From contig NC_058368.1 of assembly GCF_018350175.1 (NCBI RefSeq), positions 204,292,001 through 204,356,000 of the forward strand: DNA of 64,000 bases, in the 5' to 3' direction. The position numbers and the translations under genes were made by a program. Source of the stretch: Felis catus (taxonomy: Eukaryota). The notes under the pieces were generated by a model, which saw nothing but the letters and a program-made list of their open reading frames with translations, had not been told where the DNA came from and did no database searches. Within the stretch, counting starts at the first letter, position 1. Each line of letters begins with the position of its first letter. Positions 11,701 to 24,029 of the stretch are shown here, one piece after another.

Positions 11701-12439
11701 AGTTCTCCAAAAGAATCTTGGCGTTGCCCTCGTCCAAACTACTCTGTTAACAGTCTACGCGGCCGAACTTTTTGAGCATTCTTCAGAGGATTCCATCTCT
11801 CCTGACTTTTTATATTTCCAGCTGCCTCAGGAGGGCACCAGTCACATCTGCCAACATGAAATAAATCTGGCCTGCCTCTTCCCTTTTGATAGTTAATACG
11901 ATTTAGGTTAAATGATTTCCAGGTGAGCCTGCCCTACCTTCATTTATGAGAAATGTAATCCAATTTACTGCTGAATTTACGTGCTTTTCTGGCTTGAAAC
12001 TATTCCTTGAATTGATGTCAGCACTCCGATAACTCAAATTCCTAATCACACAGATCTGCCAGTATTTCTTAATTCCCACAATGCTTCTGAAAGTCCATTT
12101 CATATATTATAGTCGCTTGGGTCACCACTAATAGCAGTGGTCTGAGTGTTAGCTCTCTGAAGCTAGTAACTCTTCATCTGTCTACTCCCAGGGTTTAGCT
12201 AGCGACTGAGTCTATAAGAATTTACAAGTATATGTATTTGGATATTACTCCATAAGAATTCACATAGTGATTCTTATGTAGTAAGACGGTGAATGAATGG
12301 ATGGATACACGAATAAACCCAAAACTTTGGGATTTTAAAATAGTTTGACTTGGAGAATAGGCACCATAGTGTAGCTGAAGAAACAATTCATTTTAGGAGA
12401 TAAATACTTTAATAAATGAAAGGACAACCAATGTTCTGT

Positions 12440-12742
12440 GCTCCTATAGCGCTTAAAAATGGAAACAATTCACATACCATAAAATTTACCATTTTAAAGC
12501 CTACAATTCAGTGGTTTTTTAGTATCGTCACAGAATTGTACAACCATCGCTACTATCCAATTCCAACATGTTCATGTCTCCCCCCAAAAAGACCATGTAC
12601 CTGTTAACAGTCCCTCCCCACTCCCTCTAACCCCCAACTCCTGGCAACAACATCCCGTCTCTATGGATTTGCCTATCCTGGACATTTCATATAAATGGAA
12701 TCACACAATATGTGGCCTTTCGAATCTGGTTTCTTTCACTTG
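12440..12742 (-). mobile_element. L1MB-like 3' end
   Basis: CTATGGATTTGCCTATCCTGGACATTTCATATAAATGGAATCACACAATATGTGG. Confidence 0.8.
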
Positions 12743-14398
12743 TAACCCCATTCCACTTTACACATCAATCAGCTAACGCTTGTTTTGCTATGTTATGATT
12801 ATTTGCTGACCTCCCTGCCTCCCACTGGACTATTAAACATTGCAAGAGCAGAAAGTTTGCCTTGTTTATTTCAACATTTCTAATGTTCAGGACCTGGCAC
12901 AGAATGGACACTCAATAAATGCTTGATCTTCCTATTCCAGTTAGTCTGGTTTATTGGTGTTTGGATGTGCCTCCATGCACACTCCTTATATGCATAACAA
13001 AATGAAAAGCCCTTTACTGCATCTAGATGCAGAGCAAAGAGGCTCTCCTCCTTAAGGCTATGAGACCAGGGTCAAGGCATTTCCCTAAGGCTCTGGAGAG
13101 GATCTGAAGGCAGCACAGAGGTTCTTGTACCATAGTTGATGAGAGTCTTGCCAGAGTATCCTTGCCCTGGTCTAAGACACCAGCTTCTATGTGTTGGACT
13201 TGGACTCTGTGAGTTATACAAGCAATAAAAACATTCTTTTCTCTCCTACCCCAGTGCTCTGGACACACAGTTCCTTCTACTTGGACTGCTCCACTCCCTT
13301 TCTCAAACAGGTTAATTTTTACTCCACTTTTAGAATTGAGTCCAAACTGATGCCTACCTTGTCTTTCCTATTCAGAGTTAATTTCTCTAACTTTCTGTGT
13401 TTCTATAGGACTTGGTTCAGATTTCCATAGCGTTGGAGGTTTAAAAAAATACAAATATTGCATGCCAGTTAAAAAGTTGCCCCCCCTCTGGAAGTGGTCT
13501 TTGCTTATAAATTTGGGCATATATAATTCCATAATTTTTCCTCTGTGTATGTGTCACATTCTTTTTATAAAAAATGGGGTCATTTATAGTTATTATACTG
13601 AAACTAGCTTTTCTCCCATAACAATAAAACAATAAATTGTGGATATTCATATATCTTAGTGCATACACACACACACACACACACCTCATCCTTTATTCCA
13701 TTTGGATGTACTATTACTTATTTGTTGGTAGACATTTAGATGGTCTCTAATTTTTTGCTATGGTGAACAGCTGTGCATATGTCTTTATGACTTGTGGGAG
13801 CCTTTTGGAAGAACAGAATTCTGTAAGTTCAATTATAGTGGGCTAAGAGGGTTGTATCCTAAGCATTTAATTCTAAATGTGCCTCCACTACTATAGCCTC
13901 TTGAGGACACGGACATACTGTTATATTTATTCTTGTATCCCCCACTTACTGGCATTGTGCCTAGAACATTTTACCTGCACAATAAATATTGTTGAGTAAT
14001 TAATGAATAGGTGAATAAATGAATAATAATGGAAGGTTTTGATGCTCAAAAAGTGAGTCACATAAACATTCTTAACTTCATATTCAGCTCCTCTACTCCA
14101 TAGTTGTGAGGGACCTGATGTTTCCATGTGGACAAAGCATGGATATTGAGATTTTCCCCTATCCTAAGGGTAGGTGCCTCTATTGTTTAGAGCTGACACT
14201 ATGAAGAGGTCAAAACATTTATTTTAGCACCTAATTCAGGAGCTAATTTCTGTTATCATGAGGCTGCCACCTGCACCACTGTTGGCTGTAATTTCTAAAA
14301 AATATTTTTAAAATTCACTGCCCACTTGGTGGACTGGGAAGCATAGGAGAATACTGTGTGCATGTGGCATGTAGGAGTTTGCAGATACACGTTTTAAC

Positions 14399-14613
14399 TT
14401 TTTTTTTTTTAATGTTTATTTATTTTGGGGACAGAGAGAGACAGAGTGCAAGTGGGGGAGGGGCAGAGAGAGAGGGAGACACAGAATCTAAAACAGGCTC
14501 CAGGCTCTGAGCTGTCAGCACAGAGCCCGACGCGGGGCTCGAACGCACGAACCGTGAGATCATGACCTGAGCCGAGGTCGGACGCTTAACCGACTGAGCC
14601 ACCCAGGCGCCCC
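14399..14613 (-). mobile_element. SINEC_Fc
   Basis: TSD agatacacgt. Confidence 0.95.
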
Positions 14614-15413
14614 CAGATACACGTGTTAGTAGGGGATCGGATTCCCTTTCATATTTGTGTTGCCCTCCTTACATCTGGGTAATGTAAGCTTCTCCTCCCT
14701 TGACCTCCTTCTCCAGTCACTCTGCACCTTAATGCATTTTGCTTATCACTGCAAGATGGATTTTCCTAAAACTCTTCTCCTTTCCCAAATCTTTAATGAT
14801 CCCCATTTCATAAAAGATAAACCTCCTTAGACTGACATTCAGGGCCTCATTGGTGTGACCTCAGTCTATCTTTTGAACCATATCCCCAATAGCTTACCTT
14901 CCTAGCTACTCATTTCAAACAGTATGGTCTATTTTTCTCCATTCCCTAAGTACATCTTGGTCTTTCCTATCTCGGAATTCTTGACCATGCGCTTTATTTA
15001 GTCTTGACAAGTCTTCATTTTCTCCACCTATCCAAATTCTTAAAGATTCATCCAAGTCCTTCCCTGGTAGGAAACTTCAAACCTGTTCCAGGGACCCGTG
15101 TGGTCTCTCTCTTCTAAACTGTGTGGGACACTCTGTCAACCTCACTTCTTTCAACTCGAATCAGGTCCGTCTTCAACCCTACTAGCATCGTTGTCTGGAG
15201 CTATTTTTCATCTCTTCACTTGTTTTGTGTCTTTGTGTGAACTTAATGTTTTATCTTCCCCAAATACAGTGTAAGTTCTAAAAGGGAGAGACATGTCCTG
15301 TCCCAGGTCTGCATTCACAGAGCCCTCAGTGAGTGTGTGCGCCTTGCTTGAGTGGATTAGCATTCTGTTTCTCTGGAATCTACAAAGAGAGCCAGGACCA
15401 GGTGGTTGCCTAT

Positions 15414-16355
15414 TTGTTGTTTGTTGTCTTTACTTTTTGTTTTTAAATTCCAGCAGAGTTAACATGCAGTGTTGTATTAGTTTCAGGTGTATAATATCGT
15501 GATCCAGCCATGCCATACATCACCCAGTTTCTCATCACAACAAGTGCACTCCTTAATCCCCATCACTTATTTCATCGTCTCCCCACTCCCTTCCCTCTGG
15601 TAACCATCAGTTTGTTCTCGATAGTCAAGAGTCTGTTTCTTGGCTTGTCTCTTTTTCTCTGTCTGTCTGTCTCTCTCTCTTTACCTTTGCTCATTTGTTT
15701 TGTTTCTTAAATTCCACATATGAGTGAAATCATATGGTATTTGTCTTTCTCTGACTGACTTATTTCACTTTGCATTATACTCTGTAGCTCTACCCATGTC
15801 ATTGCAAATGGCAATATTTCATTCCTTTTTATGGCCAAATAATATCCCATTGTATATACATATACTGCTTCTTTTTTATCCACTCATCTATTGATGGACA
15901 CCTGGGCTGCTTCCATAATTTGGCTATTGTAAATAAGGCTGCTAGAAACATAGAGGTGCATGTATCCCTTTGAATTAGTGTTTTTGTATTTTTCGGGTGA
16001 ATACCCAGTAGCGTGATTGATTACTGGATCATAAGATATTTCTATTTTTAACTTTTTGAGGAACCTCCATATTGTTTTCCATAGTGGCTGCACCAGTTTG
16101 TCTTCCAACCAACAGTGCATGAGGGCTCCTTTTTCTCCACATCCTTGCCAACACTTGTTGTTTCTTGTGTTGTTGATATTAGCCATTCTGATTGGTGTGA
16201 GGTGATATCTCATTGTATTTTTGATGTGCATGTCCCTGATGAGTGATGTTGAGCCTCTTCTCATGTGTCTGTTGGCCATCTGGATATCTTCTTTGGAGAA
16301 ATGTCTGTTTCTGTCTTCTGCCCATTTTTAAATTGGATTATTTGTTTTTTGGCGT
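15414..16355 (-). mobile_element. Carnivore L1 3' fragment (ORF2 C-terminus plus 3'UTR)
   Basis: ORF 15884-16279 gives the L1 ORF2 C-terminal motif RYHLTP...[16 protein letters not shown]; degenerate TSD ccagg..gttg.ctat. Confidence 0.93.
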
Positions 16356-16413
16356 CCAGGCCGTTGTTCTATGAATTGTGAGATGTAACATTTTCTTTCT
16401 TTTCTTCTTTTAG

Positions 16414-16540
16414 CCATACTTCCCATTGCCTCCAGCTGTTGCACTGAGGTTTCACGTCATGTTTCCAGAAGGCTTCTGGAGAGAGTGAATATATGTCGCA
16501 TTCAGAGAGCTGATGGGGATTGTGACTTGGCTGCTGTCAT
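16414..16540 (+). CDS. CCL28: C-C motif chemokine 28, coding exon 2 (127 nt)
   Basis: Acceptor tttcttcttttag|CC, donor GTCAT|gtgagt; translates (A)ILPIASSCCTEVSRHVSRRLLERVNICRIQRADGDCDLAAVI, the recognisable mature N-terminus of CCL28 with the CC motif. Confidence 0.98.
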
Positions 16541-16997
16541 GTGAGTGCCCTGCCTCAGGGAGGTCTAAAACTGTCCAGTGATCATTTCTCAGCCAGTGAG
16601 CAGTAGGTTGGGAAGGCTTTGCCTGAGTGCAACATGCAAGGGATCGTTCAAACGAGGGGGGGAAGAGTAAATACTCCACCTTTCCGGCACCAGGCTCCCT
16701 GGAGTGAGCACACAGTCTCTGAGTACCTGCATGTTCAGAGCCCCACACTGGCCTCCGCTGCCCCTACTGCAGTGCTGTGATTCAGGATAAATATCTTCAG
16801 TCACTGGACAATGTGCGTGACTTTTCTAAACAAAACTAGGCACACTCTGGGTAAAAGAACAAAACAAAAAGAAAAACAGAGGTGACTCTGTTTTATTTTG
16901 TGACTTTAACTGTAGCTTTTTCCAGGCAAGTATACAGGTTGCTGTCTTTTTTACTCTCTGAATTCATCAGGGGTATATACAAGGTTCAAAGAGGTAG

Positions 16998-17744
16998 CAC
17001 CTCACACCTGTCAGAATAGCTAAAATTAACAACACAGGAAACAACAGGTGTTGGCGAGGATGTAGAGAAAGGGGAACCCTCTTGCACTGCTGGTGGGAAT
17101 GCAAACTGGTGCAGCCACTCTGGAAAACAGTGTGGAGGTTCCTCGGAAAGTTAAAAATAGAAGTACCCTACGACCCAGCAATTGCACTACTAGGTATTTA
17201 TCCAGAGAATGCACACCCGCTGCTTCAAAGGGGCACATGCACCTCAGTGTTTACAGCAGCGCTGTGAACAATTGCCAAAGTATGGAAAGAGCCCCTATGT
17301 CCATGACTAATGAATAAAGATGTGGCGTATATACAATGGGATATATTTGCCTATCAAAAGGAATGAAATCTTGCCATTGGCAACAATGTGGATGGAGCTA
17401 GAATGTAGTATGCTAAGTGAAGTAAGTCAGTCAGAGAAAGACAAATACCATATGATTTCACACATAGGTGGAATTTTAGAAACAAAACAGGTGAATATAG
17501 GGGAAGGAAAAAAAAAGAGAGGGAAGCAAACCATAAGAGACTCTTAACTGTAGAGAACAAACTGAGGGTTTGTGGAGGGAGTTGGGTAGGGGATGGGCTA
17601 AATGGGTGATGGGTATTAAGGAGGGCACCTGTTGTGATGAGCACTTACATATAACACTGGGTGAGAAATCACTAAATTCTACTCCTGAAACCAGTACTAC
17701 ACTGTATGCTGACTAACTAGAATTTAAACAAAACTTGAAAAAAT
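16998..17744 (+). mobile_element. Carnivore L1 3' fragment
   Basis: [20 protein letters not shown] motif followed by L1 3'UTR. Confidence 0.93.
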
Positions 17745-17960
17745 GGGGGCGCCTGGGTGGCTCAGTCAAAGCATCCGGCTTCGGCTCAGGTCACGAACTC
17801 ATGGTTTTTGGGTTTGAGCCCCGCGTTGGGCTCTGTGCTGAGAGTTCAGAACCTAGAGCCTGCTTCAGATTCTATCTCCCTTTCTCTCTGTTCCTCCACC
17901 ACTCAACTCTGTCTCTGTCTCTCTCTCCAAAATAAATAAAGATTAAAAATGTTTTTTTAA
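17745..17960 (+). mobile_element. SINEC in L1 tail
   Basis: TSD cttgaaaaaa. Confidence 0.92.
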
Positions 17961-18107
17961 GCTTGAAAAAACAAACGGAAGTATAGAGATGTCTGTACCT
18001 GTCACATGCAATCAAGCATGAATGCTCATCTTTGCTCTTGATTCTGGGCTGTTGGCTCAAGGTGAACCCTTTCACCCTTACCTCTGGCTCAGTTATTAAA
18101 AATTTTA

Positions 18108-18325
18108 GGGGGCGCCTGGGTGGCGCAGTCGGTTAAGCGTCCGACTTCAGCCAGGTCACGATCTCGCGCTCCGTGAGTTCGAGCCCCGCGTCAGGCTCTG
18201 GGCTGATGGCTCGGAGCCTGGAGCCTGTTTCCGATTCTGTGTCTCCCTCTCTGCCCCTCGCCCGTTCATGCTCTGTCTCTCTCTGTCCCAAAAATAAACG
18301 TTGAAAAAAAAAATAAAAAAAAAAA
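18108..18325 (+). mobile_element. Young SINEC_Fc
   Basis: GGTGGCGCAGTCGG...TTCAGCCAGG...GGGCTGATGGCTCGG diagnostic bases; CpGs intact. Confidence 0.96.
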
Positions 18326-18999
18326 TTTAGATTTCTGTGTTCTTCATGTCTCCATAGAAACTTTAAAACCAAATCTGGATTCTGACAACAATGCTGTGAG
18401 GAAGGCGTACATTATCTCCATGTCACACAGGATAGAGCTGTGGCTGAGGAGATTACATGGTTAACCTGGGTGACGTACAGCTAGAGAATGGCAGAGATGG
18501 GTTGTGAATCAGGTCTTTCCATTAGGAACACCACATGCCTCAAAGATCTCTCAAAAGTGATGATGCAACGAACCATAAAATGCTCTCTCCAAACTTCATG
18601 GATTCTGTTTAAATTCTAGTTTAAATTCCACTTATGGCTGCAGGGGGTGCTAATGAGCCATTTGGTATCCCTTCTTTTAGCTCCAAATAAGGCCATTGCT
18701 TATGCCTGAGTTCCTGAGTCACCGAGAAGCTTCTTTATTTATTCAATGAATTCAACAAATAGTTATCGATTAACATTTATGTACCAAGCACCATTCTATC
18801 CTCAGCTTGCGCTGGGGATGCACCAGTGACACAAAACAGACTATGCCCTCCTGCCGTCCCCAGAGATTCTATTCAGCTGGGTCCTACAGACCATTCTCTG
18901 AGATTTAAGATACATTTTTATTTCCCTTTCAGAGGAATCCATCCATTACCCAACTTTGAAAAACACTGCTCCAAGACAGGATTCTTAGTCAAAGGAAGA

Positions 19000-19170
19000 G
19001 GGGTGCCTGGGTGGCTCAGTGAGTTAAGCGTCCCACTCTTGATTTAGGCTAGGTCATGATCTCACGGTTTGTGGGAAAGAGTCCTGTGTCAGGCTCTGTA
19101 CTGTCAGCACAGATTCTAGGATTGCCTCTCTCTCTGCCCCTCTCCCACCCTCAAAAAAAAAAAAAAAAAA
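19000..19170 (+). mobile_element. SINEC (older)
   Basis: Head and poly-A tail. Confidence 0.88.
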
Positions 19171-19242
19171 TTAGAAAGCACTTGATTTTAATTAAAGGGA
19201 AACTATGAAGCCAATATCTTGGATCTAAAAATGCTTACTGTT

Positions 19243-19452
19243 GGGATGCCTGGGTGGCTCAGTCGGTTAAGCATCAGACTTCAGCTCAGGTCATGATCTC
19301 ACGGTTTGTGGGTTCAAGGGCCAGGTCGGGCTCTGTGCTGACCGCTCAGAGCCTGGAGCCTGCTTCAGATTCTGTCTCTCCCTCTCTCTCTCTGCTCCTT
19401 CCCCGCTTGTGCTCTCTCTGTCTCTCAAAAATAAACCATAAAAAAAAAAAAC
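19243..19452 (+). mobile_element. SINEC
   Basis: Full SINE structure. Confidence 0.92.
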
Positions 19453-20588
19453 TTTATTAAAGTACAGGTTTGTAAATTGGTCTCTCTGTGCTATAAGACA
19501 ACTGAAAAATAGATTAGTTATGACCTCATCTCACATAAGATGAATTTGACTAGGTGGTGTTTTTAAATCATAAATTACAGATCTTCTTTGTTGTTTTTTT
19601 CTGACATTCAACATAAATAGATAAAAGTTCTCTTGTTTTCAGATTGTTTTACTACAGAGCATGTCTTTACTTATCTAAAATGTAGTCCCTTAACTTTGAA
19701 TATATAGGTTCGAGAATAGTATTTTAGATGCAGAAAACATGGCAAGTGCTGGCAATACAACTCGCAAAAAGCATTTATTATTTATTAACCACAACTAACT
19801 AATAGAAATTAGCTTATGGTGAACTCACTAGATTTCTTTCCTTTTCCTTTTCTGCGTAGAACAGGTCCTTTATTTCATACCCTATAAGTGATCATTGTAA
19901 TTTTTGTTCTCTGAGAGAGGAGTTTGTTTAAATCCTTCTACAGTGACTTCATTAAAGAGCTTCAGGCAGTTTCTAAACATAAACACAGTGCAAAGTTGTT
20001 TATCTTGGGCAGAGGGCTGAGGTTTTGAAGCTCACAGATACTATCTGTTGGGAGGAAAACTTGGGGTTATTAAAGTTGTCTGGGAGGCTTGAGTATTTTT
20101 TCAGAAGTGATTGTTGAGAGGCTATTCTGCTTGGGGGAAAGGGGAAAGAAAAAAGGTTTAGGGAACAATTACAGGTTTAATCTCTATGGCGGGGCCAACC
20201 CCATCGGTCCATTGGCCGGTCCCTAGCTACTCTCTTTTGGGCAAAACAACCAGGGATCAGCTTTATGGTTTCTTAGAGCCCAAACTCTCCACCAGAGAGT
20301 ACACAATGGGGGGGGGGGGCAGTGCCCATCAGAATACCGTGGAGTTGGGGGTGGCTGAGGGAGTGTGGAATAGACCATCTCCTTGTCTAGCATGATTGCC
20401 TCGTCTCTTTTTATCCTGAGATGGAATACACAGGGGACAGAGTGCAGTGTAAGCAGTCTTCAAACTTTGGGATTTGAAAACATGGTAGAATCTCGAATTT
20501 GGGAGCTGTGTTCCGGTAGCTGATCTTTTCCCATTGTATTACATTGAGAGTTTGAGGCCCAACTGGGCAGGCCTTCGAAAAGGGTCCT

Positions 20589-20800
20589 GGGGTGCCTGGG
20601 TGGCTTAGTCAGTTAAGCGGCCAACTCTTGATTTCGACTCAGGTCATGATCTCACGGTTTGTGAGTTCAAGCCCCGCATCAGGCTCTGTGCTCAGAGTGG
20701 AGCCTGCTTTGGATCCTCTGCCTCTCTCTCTCTGCTCCTCCCCCACTCGCTCTCTTGCTTGCTCTCTCTCAAAAATAAATGTTAGCAAAAGTTTAAAGAG
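20589..20800 (+). mobile_element. SINEC
   Basis: Full SINE structure. Confidence 0.92.
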
Positions 20801-21952
20801 AAAGAAAGGAAGGAAACCATCTTGCATGGTAGCTGCTGCTGCCTGTTTTCCTGGGGATCTCCACTTCCTGGTCCCCTGTCTGCGTTGCCCCCATCTGGTG
20901 CCCCCTTCAGCCCCAGTGCCTGTGCCCCTCATGGGAGTGCCTCATTCCTCATGGAGTAAGGGAATTGAGTGCTAGTTCCCTCCTGCATAACCTGCGGGCT
21001 TATCTGGTTGTCCGTGGAGTCTTTCTCCACTGGATGTCTGCTCAGGTCCTTGCTGACACCACACAGAAGGGAGAGAGTTTTAGTCCTTTGGGAAAGATAA
21101 GGGAGCTTCGACTCTTTCTTGTTCCTCCACTGAATGCTACAGCCAGGTTCTCTTCTATCACAGCCAAAGGGAAAACAGCTGGCCACAGGGAGAGGGCGCT
21201 TTCCTTTGGAAGACCTCTCAATGTAATACACTTAGAGAATGTATTGTCTTCCTATCGGGAAGCCTCACTTCTTTCAAATTCATATTCCCACATGCTGGCT
21301 TGATTATACTTCAGCTCATTCAGACATCGTCCCAACTCTCCTTCATTTCGCATTCCCACATTAATGGATGATTCCTCTTGGGTCACCTGGGGAAATGGCA
21401 GCCTACCCTCAAACCCCTGTTTCTTCTCCCAATAACACGACAGGAGTTCACTTGATCCAGACATGTTGTGTACATAGAGCCGGCAGGGACCGTGACATTT
21501 AACAAGAATTAAATGGCACCTGATGGCAAGTTAAAAGTCACAAAATGTTTTGTCACAAATTCTTCCAGTTATTAGAAATTGTGAATGCTGCTTTAGGGTT
21601 CTCCCACCCCAAGGTGAAGATGAAAACGAAAACATCTCAGATGTGGTGTAGATCTATAGTATTTTAAAATGTTACATATCATCTCCTTTCTGAAACTCTT
21701 CTCCTTTGGCCTCCATTGCCCTAAACTTTTCTGATTCCCCTCTTATACTAAATGCTCTTTCTTAGCTGTTCTTACCTCCCCTTGCTCTTTTTCATCCCTA
21801 AACATAGGTATGTCCCAAATTCTTCTCTTCAAAAAGTTTTCTCTTTGTGTCTTTAGTTATCGTACCTGCTGTCATGGCTTTGACTATATTCTCTATAAGA
21901 CAACTACCCCATAACCGTTTCTTTATATCTGATTACTCTCCTAAATGCAGAC

Positions 21953-21984
<32 letters not shown>

Positions 21985-22265
21985 GCCTATCAGACACCTT
22001 ACAAGCACCTTATGCTAGTACATTTCAAAGGGGAACTTTTCATCTCCTGCCCAGAAGCTTCAACTTCTGACCCCAACATCAATCCAGGCTTCCGGGAATG
22101 GAGTTTCAAACTCACCTTCAAACCCTTCCTCTTCCTCATCCTCCAGTGTTTGATGAGTTGATAAGTCATTTTTATTTGATTTTCCAGTTTTCTCATGTTT
22201 GGTGTTCTTGTTCTATTTCTACCGCCACCACCCAGTTCAGGCCATATTTGTCTTCGGCAGTAGCC

Positions 22266-22266
<1 letters not shown>

Positions 22267-22330
<64 letters not shown>
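22267..22330. repeat. (TTTC)16 microsatellite from a SINE tail
   Basis: Perfect tetranucleotide run inside the TSD-bounded insertion. Confidence 0.97.
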
Positions 22331-22332
<2 letters not shown>

Positions 22333-22554
22333 TTTTAATGTTTTAAAAATGTTTATTTATTTTTGAGAGACAGAGACAGAGTGCAAGTGGAGGAGGGGCA
22401 GAGAGAGAGGGAGACACAGGATCTGAAGCAGACTCCAGGCTCTGAGCTGTTGGCACAGAGCCCGATGTGGGGCTTGAACCCACAAACTTCGAGATATGAC
22501 CTGAGCTGAAGTTGGACGCTTAACCGCTTAACTGACAGCCACCCAAGCGCCCCT
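22331..22554 (-). mobile_element. SINEC
   Basis: TSD gcagtagcc. Confidence 0.93.
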
Positions 22555-23261
22555 GCAGTAGCCTTTTAAATGGTTTCTGTCTATTCTTCCCTACTTCGAC
22601 CTTTACCACATACTGTTATGAGACAAATCTGTGTTCAGTCTTGTCACTTCCTTTCTTGAGAATCTTCTCTCTCTCTTCACTGCCTACCGAATAAAGTTTA
22701 AGTTCTCTAACATGCCCTTCAAAAGCCTCCATCAACCTGCTGTGATGTATCTTTCCAGGCTTCTTTCTCATCACCTGCCATGCTTTATCCAGGCCACGTG
22801 CTATTCCCTAAACACACTCCCTCCTTCCTGCATCTGCACATTTTAAAAATTATTATTAAAATGTTAACAGATGCCTAGAATATTTTAGTTGATTGTTTTG
22901 CTGGAAACAAAACCAGACTGTTCTTATTTGGAACAATTTTCACTTCATCTCTATAATTAATTACTGAATTCCTACTGAACAAGGCCTTTTCAAGACAGTT
23001 CCAGACTATTCCTCCTTCGAGGAGCATAACACCACAGGACGAGGAGAAGCTTTGAAACAAAAAGTCAAATGAAAGACAGCATAAGTTAAGTGGCAGAAGA
23101 GAGGTAATGCTGAGAGACTCAAAGGGAAAAAAGGGCATTTAGCTGAGAGAATCTAGAAAAACTTAACCGAGATGTTTGAGATGGGCAGTGAGGTATGAAT
23201 TGGTTTTGGTGGGTGAAGCTCGGGGTCAGGAAAGACAATCATTTTTACTACTTTCCCTCGT

Positions 23262-23410
23262 TCCTTCTTTCCTCCCCCTCCTCCTCCTCCCACTTCTCCT
23301 CCCCCTCCTCCTCCTCCTCCTCTCCTCTCCTCTCCTCTCCTCTCCTCCCCTCTCCTCCCCACCTCCCCTTCCACCCCCTCTCCCCCCCTCAGGTTCCTTC
23401 TTCTCTTTTT
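23262..23410. repeat. Polypyrimidine low-complexity tract (CCT/CTCCT)n
   Basis: Almost pure C/T. Confidence 0.92.
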
Positions 23411-23581
23411 AATACTGATGTTTGAGGAACTGCAGGCAGAGGTATAGTAAAGATTCATCCTGGTGGTACTCAGTCTCTAAAAATACACTGTGTCTAAAAG
23501 TGGGAACTGCCTAGAAGTCACTAAATTTTTACTTACTTGCACTTTCTATCCGTGATTTTGTTTTTCTTCCCTTCTCGGCAG

Positions 23582-23774
23582 CCTTCACATCAGGCGCAGG
23601 AGGGTCTGCGTCAGCCCGCACAGTCACATTATTAAGCAGTGGATGAAAGAACAAGAGGCCAAGAAAAAAGCTAAAGGCAACCTTTGCCACAAGAAGAAAC
23701 AGGACGGCAAGAGGAACAGCAAAGGGGCACATCAGGGGAAACCCGAAACCCATGGCTATAAAACTCCTTATTAA
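23582..23774 (+). CDS. CCL28: C-C motif chemokine 28, last coding exon 3 (193 nt to TAA)
   Basis: Acceptor cttcccttctcggcag|C, phase matches exon 2; translates LHIRRRRVCVSPHSHIIKQWMKEQEAKKKAKGNLCHKKKQDGKRNSKGAHQGKPETHGYKTPY*; with exon 2 all six CCL28 cysteines are present. Confidence 0.98.
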
Positions 23775-24029
23775 AGCGTTTACAAATGAATCCACGCAGA
23801 CAGTTCCTGAAGTGAACTTGGCCATATTGTAACTAATGAACTTGGCCATCGGTTGCTTATAAATGTATCACATCAAATATTCTTTATTGAGAGACAGCAG
23901 GGCAAAACAAAATATGTTTTTTAAAGGAACAATTATACAGGATACAAATGTAACCAATATTATACTCATCTGAAAATGAAATGAAAAGATACTTCTCTTT
24001 ATACAATGTTTTAAGAGCAGCATACAGAT

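Larger units (their letters stand above)
1..16413 (+). other. CCL28: CCL28 intron 1 (3' part; signal-peptide exon 1 is upstream of the window)
   Basis: No signal-peptide exon found upstream of exon 2; CCL28 is known to have a long first intron. Confidence 0.8.

Noticed and set aside
13478..13492. CTCF-like G-rich motifs here and near 16757
   Set aside because: Wrong spacing in the AGRKGGC core
15884..16279. 131-aa ORF
   Set aside because: Degenerate L1 ORF2 C-terminus, not a host gene; same for 17082-17267
23529..23849. 106-aa hydrophobic minus-strand ORF
   Set aside because: Antisense shadow of the Lys-rich CCL28 exon 3
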